Origin: Azolla caroliniana
Taxonomy: Eukaryota > Plantae > Polypodiophyta
Direction of reading: 5' to 3'
NCBI GenBank assembly: GCA_043228905.1
Contig: JBHGNT010000118.1
Location: 13,207-77,206 of the forward strand
DNA length: 64,000 bases
In this document: positions 25,777-39,636 of the stretch, piece by piece
Layout of the letters: every line of letters starts with the position of its first letter
Position numbering within the stretch: the stretch's first letter is position 1
Translations under genes and position numbers: made by a program
Notes under the pieces: generated by a model
What the model saw: the letters and a program-made list of their open reading frames with translations, nothing else
Told to the model about the DNA's origin: nothing
The model's database searches: none

Positions 25777-27244
25777 GCGGATGACTTGAAAGCCAAAGAG
25801 AGATAAAGAATTCAAAGAGAACGACGCGAGAGCTCTTGCTTATTTCTCCATGTTAATCTACTCGAGAAGCCATGGAAACGTTGTAAACAAGGTCGAGGTT
25901 AGCAAATGGAGCGTGAACAACCCGAGCATGAGCACGGCGGGTGGCCTCGTTAAGTAGTATGGATGTTCCTACCTACTCGGCGCACGTCAATGTGTCTGCC
26001 TCGTTCGTTCTTGCTACGGACTTGGAGCGGGAGAACACCCTCTTGTGGGCAACGCGAGAGAGAGGGCGACCTGATTATTCTTGAGCATGGCGACATACCA
26101 CATTGGCTCGCTAGGAAACCGTCTTCCTCACCTTGGCGCGTCGAGGCCTTGTGTCACCCGTTGGACTCGGGTCGCCGCTTCTATGGTTGCACCGAACTGG
26201 GAAAATGATCGACGATAGTTTCACACCAGTTTCCGTTCCCTTTCGGGAACCCTCAAACGCTATATGGTACGTGCCACAAACCTCGGGAAGCGACCCCCCC
26301 TCGAAACTAGGTCATACGGCCTCCAGCCCGATGACGTGCGGACGTGGAAGGTTTGTCGACTAGCAAACAACCCGAGCCTTGCAGCATTCCGAGAACGTTG
26401 TCATTCGTTACAGCGAGGACCTTCCTGTTTCTTCTCCGTTGACGTTGCATTGGAAAGGAAAGGGGAACAAGAGAACGCATTTCAACCGTTTTGTTTTGAT
26501 CAGGGGTTGTTGGTGCGCGTCATTTGGCTCACGCTAAATCTCAAAGGCTGCAGCTAGAGTTTTGACGATGTTAAAAGGTGGTTACGTATCCCACCGATCT
26601 ATGGCTTTGTTCGGTAAAACCTGCAAGGCGAGACGATGTTGCCAGGATGTTTGGTCGGGAAGACGAGTCCGCAACCTTGGATGGATTGGTAGATGGAGGG
26701 TAAATTGCACCAACATTGTCAACGGTAAGTTCTAACGTGTTGCATTGAACGTCGTGCCGTAACGGCTCCCGTCGAAAGCAAAAGAAAGACGTGAAAGAGA
26801 GCATCAAGTCTGATGCGCGGTTGCGGGGAATGTTGCAGCGTGGTTGGAATTCTCAATTGCGGTTTCCGTCCAAGGTGCTCATACGTACAACCGTAATGCG
26901 TGGTCTTCCTCTGCGTTATTCCAGGTGACACGAGTCTCGAGTAAGCGTCGGTCATTCCCAAGAACTTGAACCGCAGATTTGACCAGTAAGCGAGCAGATA
27001 CCTATTACATCCGACTTTGACGTGATCGCCAAATGTATTCGGAAGCCCCAAGTAAGGCACCGTCATGGCAGTCACTTCGCAGGCTCATTCCTCTTAACCT
27101 TCCACACGTGCGCGGTTAGCAATCCCTAAAGAACTCCTCGAACGAAGCTCGGGCGGTAACGTCTTGAATAAGGACCCACGCAAGGAGGCGAGGGAAACAA
27201 GATCGTAGCGGTGGTTTTGACGTACAGCTAATTCAACCGCGCGG

Positions 27245-27316
27245 TATCAGAGCGAGGTTTCGATCCTCGGACCTGTGGGTTATGGGCCCACCACGCTTCC
27301 GCTGCGCCACTCTGAT
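27245..27316 (-). tRNA. tRNA-iMet(CAT): Initiator tRNA-Met (CAT), copy 18
   Basis: Same sequence as copy 1. Confidence 0.97.
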
Positions 27317-28784
27317 GCGGATGACTTGAAAGCCAAAGAGAGATAAAGAATTCAAAGAGAACGACGCGAGAGCTCTTGCTTATTTCTCCATGTTAATCTA
27401 CTCGAGAAGCCATGGAAACGTTGTAAACAAGGTCGAGGTTAGCAAATGGAGCGTGAACAACCCGAGCATGAGCACGGCGGGTGGCCTCGTTAAGTAGTAT
27501 GGATGTTCCTACCTACTCGGCGCACGTCAATGTGTCTGCCTCGTTCGTTCTTGCTACGGACTTGGAGCGGGAGAACACCCTCTTGTGGGCAACGCGAGAG
27601 AGAGGGCGACCTGATTATTCTTGAGCATGGCGACATACCACATTGGCTCGCTAGGAAACCGTCTTCCTCACCTTGGCGCGTCGAGGCCTTGTGTCACCCG
27701 TTGGACTCGGGTCGCCGCTTCTATGGTTGCACCGAACTGGGAAAATGATCGACGATAGTTTCACACCAGTTTCCGTTCCCTTTCGGGAACCCTCAAACGC
27801 TATATGGTACGTGCCACAAACCTCGGGAAGCGACCCCCCCTCGAAACTAGGTCATACGGCCTCCAGCCCGATGACGTGCGGACGTGGAAGGTTTGTCGAC
27901 TAGCAAACAACCCGAGCCTTGCAGCATTCCGAGAACGTTGTCATTCGTTACAGCGAGGACCTTCCTGTTTCTTCTCCGTTGACGTTGCATTGGAAAGGAA
28001 AGGGGAACAAGAGAACGCATTTCAACCGTTTTGTTTTGATCAGGGGTTGTTGGTGCGCGTCATTTGGCTCACGCTAAATCTCAAAGGCTGCAGCTAGAGT
28101 TTTGACGATGTTAAAAGGTGGTTACGTATCCCACCGATCTATGGCTTTGTTCGGTAAAACCTGCAAGGCGAGACGATGTTGCCAGGATGTTTGGTCGGGA
28201 AGACGAGTCCGCAACCTTGGATGGATTGGTAGATGGAGGGTAAATTGCACCAACATTGTCAACGGTAAGTTCTAACGTGTTGCATTGAACGTCGTGCCGT
28301 AACGGCTCCCGTCGAAAGCAAAAGAAAGACGTGAAAGAGAGCATCAAGTCTGATGCGCGGTTGCGGGGAATGTTGCAGCGTGGTTGGAATTCTCAATTGC
28401 GGTTTCCGTCCAAGGTGCTCATACGTACAACCGTAATGCGTGGTCTTCCTCTGCGTTATTCCAGGTGACACGAGTCTCGAGTAAGCGTCGGTCATTCCCA
28501 AGAACTTGAACCGCAGATTTGACCAGTAAGCGAGCAGATACCTATTACATCCGACTTTGACGTGATCGCCAAATGTATTCGGAAGCCCCAAGTAAGGCAC
28601 CGTCATGGCAGTCACTTCGCAGGCTCATTCCTCTTAACCTTCCACACGTGCGCGGTTAGCAATCCCTAAAGAACTCCTCGAACGAAGCTCGGGCGGTAAC
28701 GTCTTGAATAAGGACCCACGCAAGGAGGCGAGGGAAACAAGATCGTAGCGGTGGTTTTGACGTACAGCTAATTCAACCGCGCGG

Positions 28785-28856
28785 TATCAGAGCGAGGTTT
28801 CGATCCTCGGACCTGTGGGTTATGGGCCCACCACGCTTCCGCTGCGCCACTCTGAT
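28785..28856 (-). tRNA. tRNA-iMet(CAT): Initiator tRNA-Met (CAT), copy 19
   Basis: Same sequence as copy 1. Confidence 0.97.
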
Positions 28857-30324
28857 GCGGATGACTTGAAAGCCAAAGAGAGATAAAGAATTCAAAGAGA
28901 ACGACGCGAGAGCTCTTGCTTATTTCTCCATGTTAATCTACTCGAGAAGCCATGGAAACGTTGTAAACAAGGTCGAGGTTAGCAAATGGAGCGTGAACAA
29001 CCCGAGCATGAGCACGGCGGGTGGCCTCGTTAAGTAGTATGGATGTTCCTACCTACTCGGCGCACGTCAATGTGTCTGCCTCGTTCGTTCTTGCTACGGA
29101 CTTGGAGCGGGAGAACACCCTCTTGTGGGCAACGCGAGAGAGAGGGCGACCTGATTATTCTTGAGCATGGCGACATACCACATTGGCTCGCTAGGAAACC
29201 GTCTTCCTCACCTTGGCGCGTCGAGGCCTTGTGTCACCCGTTGGACTCGGGTCGCCGCTTCTATGGTTGCACCGAACTGGGAAAATGATCGACGATAGTT
29301 TCACACCAGTTTCCGTTCCCTTTCGGGAACCCTCAAACGCTATATGGTACGTGCCACAAACCTCGGGAAGCGACCCCCCCTCGAAACTAGGTCATACGGC
29401 CTCCAGCCCGATGACGTGCGGACGTGGAAGGTTTGTCGACTAGCAAACAACCCGAGCCTTGCAGCATTCCGAGAACGTTGTCATTCGTTACAGCGAGGAC
29501 CTTCCTGTTTCTTCTCCGTTGACGTTGCATTGGAAAGGAAAGGGGAACAAGAGAACGCATTTCAACCGTTTTGTTTTGATCAGGGGTTGTTGGTGCGCGT
29601 CATTTGGCTCACGCTAAATCTCAAAGGCTGCAGCTAGAGTTTTGACGATGTTAAAAGGTGGTTACGTATCCCACCGATCTATGGCTTTGTTCGGTAAAAC
29701 CTGCAAGGCGAGACGATGTTGCCAGGATGTTTGGTCGGGAAGACGAGTCCACAACCTTGGATGGATTGGTAGATGGAGGGTAAATTGCACCAACATTGTC
29801 AACGGTAAGTTCTAACGTGTTGCATTGAACGCCGTGCCGTAACGGCTCCCGTCGAAAGCAAAAGAAAGACGTGAAAGAGAGCATCAAGTCTGATGCGCGG
29901 TTGCGGGGAATGTTGCAGCGTGGTTGGAATTCTCAATTGCGGTTTCCGTCCAAGGTGCTCATACGTACAACCGTAATGCGTGGTCTTCCTCTGCGTTATT
30001 CCAGGTGACACGAGTCTCGAGTAAGCGTCGGTCATTCCCAAGAACTTGAACCGCAGATTTGACCAGTAAGCGAGCAGATACCTATTACATCCGACTTTGA
30101 CGTGATCGCCAAATGTATTCGGAAGCCCCAAGTAAGGCACCGTCATGGCAGTCACTTCGCAGGCTCATTCCTCTTAACCTTCCACACGTGCGCGGTTAGC
30201 AATCCCTAAAGAACTCCTCGAACGAAGCTCGGGCGGTAACGTCTTGAATAAGGACCCACGCAAGGAGGCGAGGGAAACAAGATCGTAGCGGTGGTTTTGA
30301 CGTACAGCTAATTCAACCGCGCGG

Positions 30325-30396
30325 TATCAGAGCGAGGTTTCGATCCTCGGACCTGTGGGTTATGGGCCCACCACGCTTCCGCTGCGCCACTCTGAT
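30325..30396 (-). tRNA. tRNA-iMet(CAT): Initiator tRNA-Met (CAT), copy 20
   Basis: Same sequence as copy 1. Confidence 0.97.
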
Positions 30397-31864
30397 GCGG
30401 ATGACTTGAAAGCCAAAGAGAGATAAAGAATTCAAAGAGAACGACGCGAGAGCTCTTGCTTATTTCTCCATGTTAATCTACTCGAGAAGCCATGGAAACG
30501 TTGTAAACAAGGTCGAGGTTAGCAAATGGAGCGTGAACAACCCGAGCATGAGCACGGCGGGTGGCCTCGTTAAGTAGTATGGATGTTCCTACCTACTCGG
30601 CGCACGTCAATGTGTCTGCCTCGTTCGTTCTTGCTACGGACTTGGAGCGGGAGAACACCCTCTTGTGGGCAACGCGAGAGAGAGGGCGACCTGATTATTC
30701 TTGAGCATGGCGACATACCACATTGGCTCGCTAGGAAACCGTCTTCCTCACCTTGGCGCGTCGAGGCCTTGTGTCACCCGTTGGACTCGGGTCGCCGCTT
30801 CTATGGTTGCACCGAACTGGGAAAATGATCGACGATAGTTTCACACCAGTTTCCGTTCCCTTTCGGGAACCCTCAAACGCTATATGGTACGTGCCACAAA
30901 CCTCGGGAAGCGACCCCCCCTCGAAACTAGGTCATACGGCCTCCAGCCCGATGACGTGCGGACGTGGAAGGTTTGTCGACTAGCAAACAACCCGAGCCTT
31001 GCAGCATTCCGAGAACGTTGTCATTCGTTACAGCGAGGACCTTCCTGTTTCTTCTCCGTTGACGTTGCATTGGAAAGGAAAGGGGAACAAGAGAACGCAT
31101 TTCAACCGTTTTGTTTTGATCAGGGGTTGTTGGTGCGCGTCATTTGGCTCACGCTAAATCTCAAAGGCTGCAGCTAGAGTTTTGACGATGTTAAAAGGTG
31201 GTTACGTATCCCACCGATCTATGGCTTTGTTCGGTAAAACCTGCAAGGCGAGACGATGTTGCCAGGATGTTTGGTCGGGAAGACGAGTCCGCAACCTTGG
31301 ATGGATTGGTAGATGGAGGGTAAATTGCACCAACATTGTCAACGGTAAGTTCTAACGTGTTGCATTGAACGCCGTGCCGTAACGGCTCCCGTCGAAAGCA
31401 AAAGAAAGACGTGAAAGAGAGCATCAAGTCTGATGCGCGGTTGCGGGGAATGTTGCAGCGTGGTTGGAATTCTCAATTGCGGTTTCCGTCCAAGGTGCTC
31501 ATACGTACAACCGTAATGCGTGGTCTTCCTCTGCGTTATTCCAGGTGACACGAGTCTCGAGTAAGCGTCGGTCATTCCCAAGAACTTGAACCGCAGATTT
31601 GACCAGTAAGCGAGCAGATACCTATTACATCCGACTTTGACGTGATCGCCAAATGTATTCGGAAGCCCCAAGTAAGGCACCGTCATGGCAGTCACTTCGC
31701 AGGCTCATTCCTCTTAACCTTCCACACGTGCGCGGTTAGCAATCCCTAAAGAACTCCTCGAACGAAGCTCGGGCGGTAACGTCTTGAATAAGGACCCACG
31801 CAAGGAGGCGAGGGAAACAAGATCGTAGCGGTGGTTTTGACGTACAGCTAATTCAACCGCGCGG

Positions 31865-31936
31865 TATCAGAGCGAGGTTTCGATCCTCGGACCTGTGGGT
31901 TATGGGCCCACCACGCTTCCGCTGCGCCACTCTGAT
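31865..31936 (-). tRNA. tRNA-iMet(CAT): Initiator tRNA-Met (CAT), copy 21
   Basis: Same sequence as copy 1. Confidence 0.97.
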
Positions 31937-33404
31937 GCGGATGACTTGAAAGCCAAAGAGAGATAAAGAATTCAAAGAGAACGACGCGAGAGCTCTTGCT
32001 TATTTCTCCATGTTAATCTACTCGAGAAGCCATGGAAACGTTGTAAACAAGGTCGAGGTTAGCAAATGGAGCGTGAACAACCCGAGCATGAGCACGGCGG
32101 GTGGCCTCGTTAAGTAGTATGGATGTTCCTACCTACTCGGCGCACGTCAATGTGTCTGCCTCGTTCGTTCTTGCTACGGACTTGGAGCGGGAGAACACCC
32201 TCTTGTGGGCAACGCGAGAGAGAGGGCGACCTGATTATTCTTGAGCATGGCGACATACCACATTGGCTCGCTAGGAAACCGTCTTCCTCACCTTGGCGCG
32301 TCGAGGCCTTGTGTCACCCGTTGGACTCGGGTCGCCGCTTCTATGGTTGCACCGAACTGGGAAAATGATCGACGATAGTTTCACACCAGTTTCCGTTCCC
32401 TTTCGGGAACCCTCAAACGCTATATGGTACGTGCCACAAACCTCGGGAAGCGACCCCCCCTCGAAACTAGGTCATACGGCCTCCAGCCCGATGACGTGCG
32501 GACGTGGAAGGTTTGTCGACTAGCAAACAACCCGAGCCTTGCAGCATTCCGAGAACGTTGTCATTCGTTACAGCGAGGACCTTCCTGTTTCTTCTCCGTT
32601 GACGTTGCATTGGAAAGGAAAGGGGAACAAGAGAACGCATTTCAACCGTTTTGTTTTGATCAGGGGTTGTTGGTGCGCGTCATTTGGCTCACGCTAAATC
32701 TCAAAGGCTGCAGCTAGAGTTTTGACGATGTTAAAAGGTGGTTACGTATCCCACCGATCTATGGCTTTGTTCGGTAAAACCTGCAAGGCGAGACGATGTT
32801 GCCAGGATGTTTGGTCGGGAAGACGAGTCCGCAACCTTGGATGGATTGGTAGATGGAGGGTAAATTGCACCAACATTGTCAACGGTAAGTTCTAACGTGT
32901 TGCATTGAACGCCGTGCCGTAACGGCTCCCGTCGAAAGCAAAAGAAAGACGTGAAAGAGAGCATCAAGTCTGATGCGCGGTTGCGGGGAATGTTGCAGCG
33001 TGGTTGGAATTCTCAATTGCGGTTTCCGTCCAAGGTGCTCATACGTACAACCGTAATGCGTGGTCTTCCTCTGCGTTATTCCAGGTGACACGAGTCTCGA
33101 GTAAGCGTCGGTCATTCCCAAGAACTTGAACCGCAGATTTGACCAGTAAGCGAGCAGATACCTATTACATCCGACTTTGACGTGATCGCCAAATGTATTC
33201 GGAAGCCCCAAGTAAGGCACCGTCATGGCAGTCACTTCGCAGGCTCATTCCTCTTAACCTTCCACACGTGCGCGGTTAGCAATCCCTAAAGAACTCCTCG
33301 AACGAAGCTCGGGCGGTAACGTCTTGAATAAGGACCCACGCAAGGAGGCGAGGGAAACAAGATCGTAGCGGTGGTTTTGACGTACAGCTAATTCAACCGC
33401 GCGG

Positions 33405-33476
33405 TATCAGAGCGAGGTTTCGATCCTCGGACCTGTGGGTTATGGGCCCACCACGCTTCCGCTGCGCCACTCTGAT
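33405..33476 (-). tRNA. tRNA-iMet(CAT): Initiator tRNA-Met (CAT), copy 22
   Basis: Same sequence as copy 1. Confidence 0.97.
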
Positions 33477-34944
33477 GCGGATGACTTGAAAGCCAAAGAG
33501 AGATAAAGAATTCAAAGAGAACGACGCGAGAGCTCTTGCTTATTTCTCCATGTTAATCTACTCGAGAAGCCATGGAAACGTTGTAAACAAGGTCGAGGTT
33601 AGCAAATGGAGCGTGAACAACCCGAGCATGAGCACGGCGGGTGGCCTCGTTAAGTAGTATGGATGTTCCTACCTACTCGGCGCACGTCAATGTGTCTGCC
33701 TCGTTCGTTCTTGCTACGGACTTGGAGCGGGAGAACACCCTCTTGTGGGCAACGCGAGAGAGAGGGCGACCTGATTATTCTTGAGCATGGCGACATACCA
33801 CATTGGCTCGCTAGGAAACCGTCTTCCTCACCTTGGCGCGTCGAGGCCTTGTGTCACCCGTTGGACTCGGGTCGCCGCTTCTATGGTTGCACCGAACTGG
33901 GAAAATGATCGACGATAGTTTCACACCAGTTTCCGTTCCCTTTCGGGAACCCTCAAACGCTATATGGTACGTGCCACAAACCTCGGGAAGCGACCCCCCC
34001 TCGAAACTAGGTCATACGGCCTCCAGCCCGATGACGTGCGGACGTGGAAGGTTTGTCGACTAGCAAACAACCCGAGCCTTGCAGCATTCCGAGAACGTTG
34101 TCATTCGTTACAGCGAGGACCTTCCTGTTTCTTCTCCGTTGACGTTGCATTGGAAAGGAAAGGGGAACAAGAGAACGCATTTCAACCGTTTTGTTTTGAT
34201 CAGGGGTTGTTGGTGCGCGTCATTTGGCTCACGCTAAATCTCAAAGGCTGCAGCTAGAGTTTTGACGATGTTAAAAGGTGGTTACGTATCCCACCGATCT
34301 ATGGCTTTGTTCGGTAAAACCTGCAAGGCGAGACGATGTTGCCAGGATGTTTGGTCGGGAAGACGAGTCCGCAACCTTGGATGGATTGGTAGATGGAGGG
34401 TAAATTGCACCAACATTGTCAACGGTAAGTTCTAACGTGTTGCATTGAACGTCGTGCCGTAACGGCTCCCGTCGAAAGCAAAAGAAAGACGTGAAAGAGA
34501 GCATCAAGTCTGATGCGCGGTTGCGGGGAATGTTGCAGCGTGGTTGGAATTCTCAATTGCGGTTTCCGTCCAAGGTGCTCATACGTACAACCGTAATGCG
34601 TGGTCTTCCTCTGCGTTATTCCAGGTGACACGAGTCTCGAGTAAGCGTCGGTCATTCCCAAGAACTTGAACCGCAGATTTGACCAGTAAGCGAGCAGATA
34701 CCTATTACATCCGACTTTGACGTGATCGCCAAATGTATTCGGAAGCCCCAAGTAAGGCACCGTCATGGCAGTCACTTCGCAGGCTCATTCCTCTTAACCT
34801 TCCACACGTGCGCGGTTAGCAATCCCTAAAGAACTCCTCGAACGAAGCTCGGGCGGTAACGTCTTGAATAAGGACCCACGCAAGGAGGCGAGGGAAACAA
34901 GATCGTAGCGGTGGTTTTGACGTACAGCTAATTCAACCGCGCGG

Positions 34945-35016
34945 TATCAGAGCGAGGTTTCGATCCTCGGACCTGTGGGTTATGGGCCCACCACGCTTCC
35001 GCTGCGCCACTCTGAT
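34945..35016 (-). tRNA. tRNA-iMet(CAT): Initiator tRNA-Met (CAT), copy 23
   Basis: Same sequence as copy 1. Confidence 0.97.
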
Positions 35017-36484
35017 GCGGATGACTTGAAAGCCAAAGAGAGATAAAGAATTCAAAGAGAACGACGCGAGAGCTCTTGCTTATTTCTCCATGTTAATCTA
35101 CTCGAGAAGCCATGGAAACGTTGTAAACAAGGTCGAGGTTAGCAAATGGAGCGTGAACAACCCGAGCATGAGCACGGCGGGTGGCCTCGTTAAGTAGTAT
35201 GGATGTTCCTACCTACTCGGCGCACGTCAATGTGTCTGCCTCGTTCGTTCTTGCTACGGACTTGGAGCGGGAGAACACCCTCTTGTGGGCAACGCGAGAG
35301 AGAGGGCGACCTGATTATTCTTGAGCATGGCGACATACCACATTGGCTCGCTAGGAAACCGTCTTCCTCACCTTGGCGCGTCGAGGCCTTGTGTCACCCG
35401 TTGGACTCGGGTCGCCGCTTCTATGGTTGCACCGAACTGGGAAAATGATCGACGATAGTTTCACACCAGTTTCCGTTCCCTTTCGGGAACCCTCAAACGC
35501 TATATGGTACGTGCCACAAACCTCGGGAAGCGACCCCCCCTCGAAACTAGGTCATACGGCCTCCAGCCCGATGACGTGCGGACGTGGAAGGTTTGTCGAC
35601 TAGCAAACAACCCGAGCCTTGCAGCATTCCGAGAACGTTGTCATTCGTTACAGCGAGGACCTTCCTGTTTCTTCTCCGTTGACGTTGCATTGGAAAGGAA
35701 AGGGGAACAAGAGAACGCATTTCAACCGTTTTGTTTTGATCAGGGGTTGTTGGTGCGCGTCATTTGGCTCACGCTAAATCTCAAAGGCTGCAGCTAGAGT
35801 TTTGACGATGTTAAAAGGTGGTTACGTATCCCACCGATCTATGGCTTTGTTCGGTAAAACCTGCAAGGCGAGACGATGTTGCCAGGATGTTTGGTCGGGA
35901 AGACGAGTCCGCAACCTTGGATGGATTGGTAGATGGAGGGTAAATTGCACCAACATTGTCAACGGTAAGTTCTAACGTGTTGCATTGAACGTCGTGCCGT
36001 AACGGCTCCCGTCGAAAGCAAAAGAAAGACGTGAAAGAGAGCATCAAGTCTGATGCGCGGTTGCGGGGAATGTTGCAGCGTGGTTGGAATTCTCAATTGC
36101 GGTTTCCGTCCAAGGTGCTCATACGTACAACCGTAATGCGTGGTCTTCCTCTGCGTTATTCCAGGTGACACGAGTCTCGAGTAAGCGTCGGTCATTCCCA
36201 AGAACTTGAACCGCAGATTTGACCAGTAAGCGAGCAGATACCTATTACATCCGACTTTGACGTGATCGCCAAATGTATTCGGAAGCCCCAAGTAAGGCAC
36301 CGTCATGGCAGTCACTTCGCAGGCTCATTCCTCTTAACCTTCCACACGTGCGCGGTTAGCAATCCCTAAAGAACTCCTCGAACGAAGCTCGGGCGGTAAC
36401 GTCTTGAATAAGGACCCACGCAAGGAGGCGAGGGAAACAAGATCGTAGCGGTGGTTTTGACGTACAGCTAATTCAACCGCGCGG

Positions 36485-36556
36485 TATCAGAGCGAGGTTT
36501 CGATCCTCGGACCTGTGGGTTATGGGCCCACCACGCTTCCGCTGCGCCACTCTGAT
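36485..36556 (-). tRNA. tRNA-iMet(CAT): Initiator tRNA-Met (CAT), copy 24
   Basis: Same sequence as copy 1. Confidence 0.97.
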
Positions 36557-38024
36557 GCGGATGACTTGAAAGCCAAAGAGAGATAAAGAATTCAAAGAGA
36601 ACGACGCGAGAGCTCTTGCTTATTTCTCCATGTTAATCTACTCGAGAAGCCATGGAAACGTTGTAAACAAGGTCGAGGTTAGCAAATGGAGCGTGAACAA
36701 CCCGAGCATGAGCACGGCGGGTGGCCTCGTTAAGTAGTATGGATGTTCCTACCTACTCGGCGCACGTCAATGTGTCTGCCTCGTTCGTTCTTGCTACGGA
36801 CTTGGAGCGGGAGAACACCCTCTTGTGGGCAACGCGAGAGAGAGGGCGACCTGATTATTCTTGAGCATGGCGACATACCACATTGGCTCGCTAGGAAACC
36901 GTCTTCCTCACCTTGGCGCGTCGAGGCCTTGTGTCACCCGTTGGACTCGGGTCGCCGCTTCTATGGTTGCACCGAACTGGGAAAATGATCGACGATAGTT
37001 TCACACCAGTTTCCGTTCCCTTTCGGGAACCCTCAAACGCTATATGGTACGTGCCACAAACCTCGGGAAGCGACCCCCCCTCGAAACTAGGTCATACGGC
37101 CTCCAGCCCGATGACGTGCGGACGTGGAAGGTTTGTCGACTAGCAAACAACCCGAGCCTTGCAGCATTCCGAGAACGTTGTCATTCGTTACAGCGAGGAC
37201 CTTCCTGTTTCTTCTCCGTTGACGTTGCATTGGAAAGGAAAGGGGAACAAGAGAACGCATTTCAACCGTTTTGTTTTGATCAGGGGTTGTTGGTGCGCGT
37301 CATTTGGCTCACGCTAAATCTCAAAGGCTGCAGCTAGAGTTTTGACGATGTTAAAAGGTGGTTACGTATCCCACCGATCTATGGCTTTGTTCGGTAAAAC
37401 CTGCAAGGCGAGACGATGTTGCCAGGATGTTTGGTCGGGAAGACGAGTCCGCAACCTTGGATGGATTGGTAGATGGAGGGTAAATTGCACCAACATTGTC
37501 AACGGTAAGTTCTAACGTGTTGCATTGAACGTCGTGCCGTAACGGCTCCCGTCGAAAGCAAAAGAAAGACGTGAAAGAGAGCATCAAGTCTGATGCGCGG
37601 TTGCGGGGAATGTTGCAGCGTGGTTGGAATTCTCAATTGCGGTTTCCGTCCAAGGTGCTCATACGTACAACCGTAATGCGTGGTCTTCCTCTGCGTTATT
37701 CCAGGTGACACGAGTCTCGAGTAAGCGTCGGTCATTCCCAAGAACTTGAACCGCAGATTTGACCAGTAAGCGAGCAGATACCTATTACATCCGACTTTGA
37801 CGTGATCGCCAAATGTATTCGGAAGCCCCAAGTAAGGCACCGTCATGGCAGTCACTTCGCAGGCTCATTCCTCTTAACCTTCCACACGTGCGCGGTTAGC
37901 AATCCCTAAAGAACTCCTCGAACGAAGCTCGGGCGGTAACGTCTTGAATAAGGACCCACGCAAGGAGGCGAGGGAAACAAGATCGTAGCGGTGGTTTTGA
38001 CGTACAGCTAATTCAACCGCGCGG

Positions 38025-38096
38025 TATCAGAGCAAGGTTTCGATCCTCGGACCTGTGGGTTATGGGCCCACCACGCTTCCGCTGCGCCACTCTGAT
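38025..38096 (-). tRNA. tRNA-iMet(CAT): Initiator tRNA-Met (CAT), copy 25, C64U variant
   Basis: As copy 1 except plus-strand G>A at 38034, giving a G50-U64 wobble pair in the T-stem. Confidence 0.95.
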
Positions 38097-39564
38097 GCGG
38101 ATGACTTGAAAGCCAAAGAGAGATAAAGAATTCAAAGAGAACGACGCGAGAGCTCTTGCTTATTTCTCCATGTTAATCTACTCGAGAAGCCATGGAAACG
38201 TTGTAAACAAGGTCGAGGTTAGCAAATGGAGCGTGAACAACCCGAGCATGAGCACGGCGGGTGGCCTCGTTAAGTAGTATGGATGTTCCTACCTACTCGG
38301 CGCACGTCAATGTGTCTGCCTCGTTCGTTCTTGCTACGGACTTGGAGCGGGAGAACACCCTCTTGTGGGCAACGCGAGAGAGAGGGCGACCTGATTATTC
38401 TTGAGCATGGCGACATACCACATTGGCTCGCTAGGAAACCGTCTTCCTCACCTTGGCGCGTCGAGGCCTTGTGTCACCCGTTGGACTCGGGTCGCCGCTT
38501 CTATGGTTGCACCGAACTGGGAAAATGATCGACGATAGTTTCACACCAGTTTCCGTTCCCTTTCGGGAACCCTCAAACGCTATATGGTACGTGCCACAAA
38601 CCTCGGGAAGCGACCCCCCCTCGAAACTAGGTCATACGGCCTCCAGCCCGATGACGTGCGGACGTGGAAGGTTTGTCGACTAGCAAACAACCCGAGCCTT
38701 GCAGCATTCCGAGAACGTTGTCATTCGTTACAGCGAGGACCTTCCTGTTTCTTCTCCGTTGACGTTGCATTGGAAAGGAAAGGGGAACAAGAGAACGCAT
38801 TTCAACCGTTTTGTTTTGATCAGGGGTTGTTGGTGCGCGTCATTTGGCTCACGCTAAATCTCAAAGGCTGCAGCTAGAGTTTTGACGATGTTAAAAGGTG
38901 GTTACGTATCCCACCGATCTATGGCTTTGTTCGGTAAAACCTGCAAGGCGAGACGATGTTGCCAGGATGTTTGGTCGGGAAGACGAGTCCGCAACCTTGG
39001 ATGGATTGGTAGATGGAGGGTAAATTGCACCAACATTGTCAACGGTAAGTTCTAACGTGTTGCATTGAACGTCGTGCCGTAACGGCTCCCGTCGAAAGCA
39101 AAAGAAAGACGTGAAAGAGAGCATCAAGTCTGATGCGCGGTTGCGGGGAATGTTGCAGCGTGGTTGGAATTCTCAATTGCGGTTTCCGTCCAAGGTGCTC
39201 ATACGTACAACCGTAATGCGTGGTCTTCCTCTGCGTTATTCCAGGTGACACGAGTCTCGAGTAAGCGTCGGTCATTCCCAAGAACTTGAACCGCAGATTT
39301 GACCAGTAAGCGAGCAGATACCTATTACATCCGACTTTGACGTGATCGCCAAATGTATTCGGAAGCCCCAAGTAAGGCACCGTCATGGCAGTCACTTCGC
39401 AGGCTCATTCCTCTTAACCTTCCACACGTGCGCGGTTAGCAATCCCTAAAGAACTCCTCGAACGAAGCTCGGGCGGTAACGTCTTGAATAAGGACCCACG
39501 CAAGGAGGCGAGGGAAACAAGATCGTAGCGGTGGTTTTGACGTACAGCTAATTCAACCGCGCGG

Positions 39565-39636
39565 TATCAGAGCGAGGTTTCGATCCTCGGACCTGTGGGT
39601 TATGGGCCCACCACGCTTCCGCTGCGCCACTCTGAT
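39565..39636 (-). tRNA. tRNA-iMet(CAT): Initiator tRNA-Met (CAT), copy 26
   Basis: Same sequence as copy 1. Confidence 0.97.
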
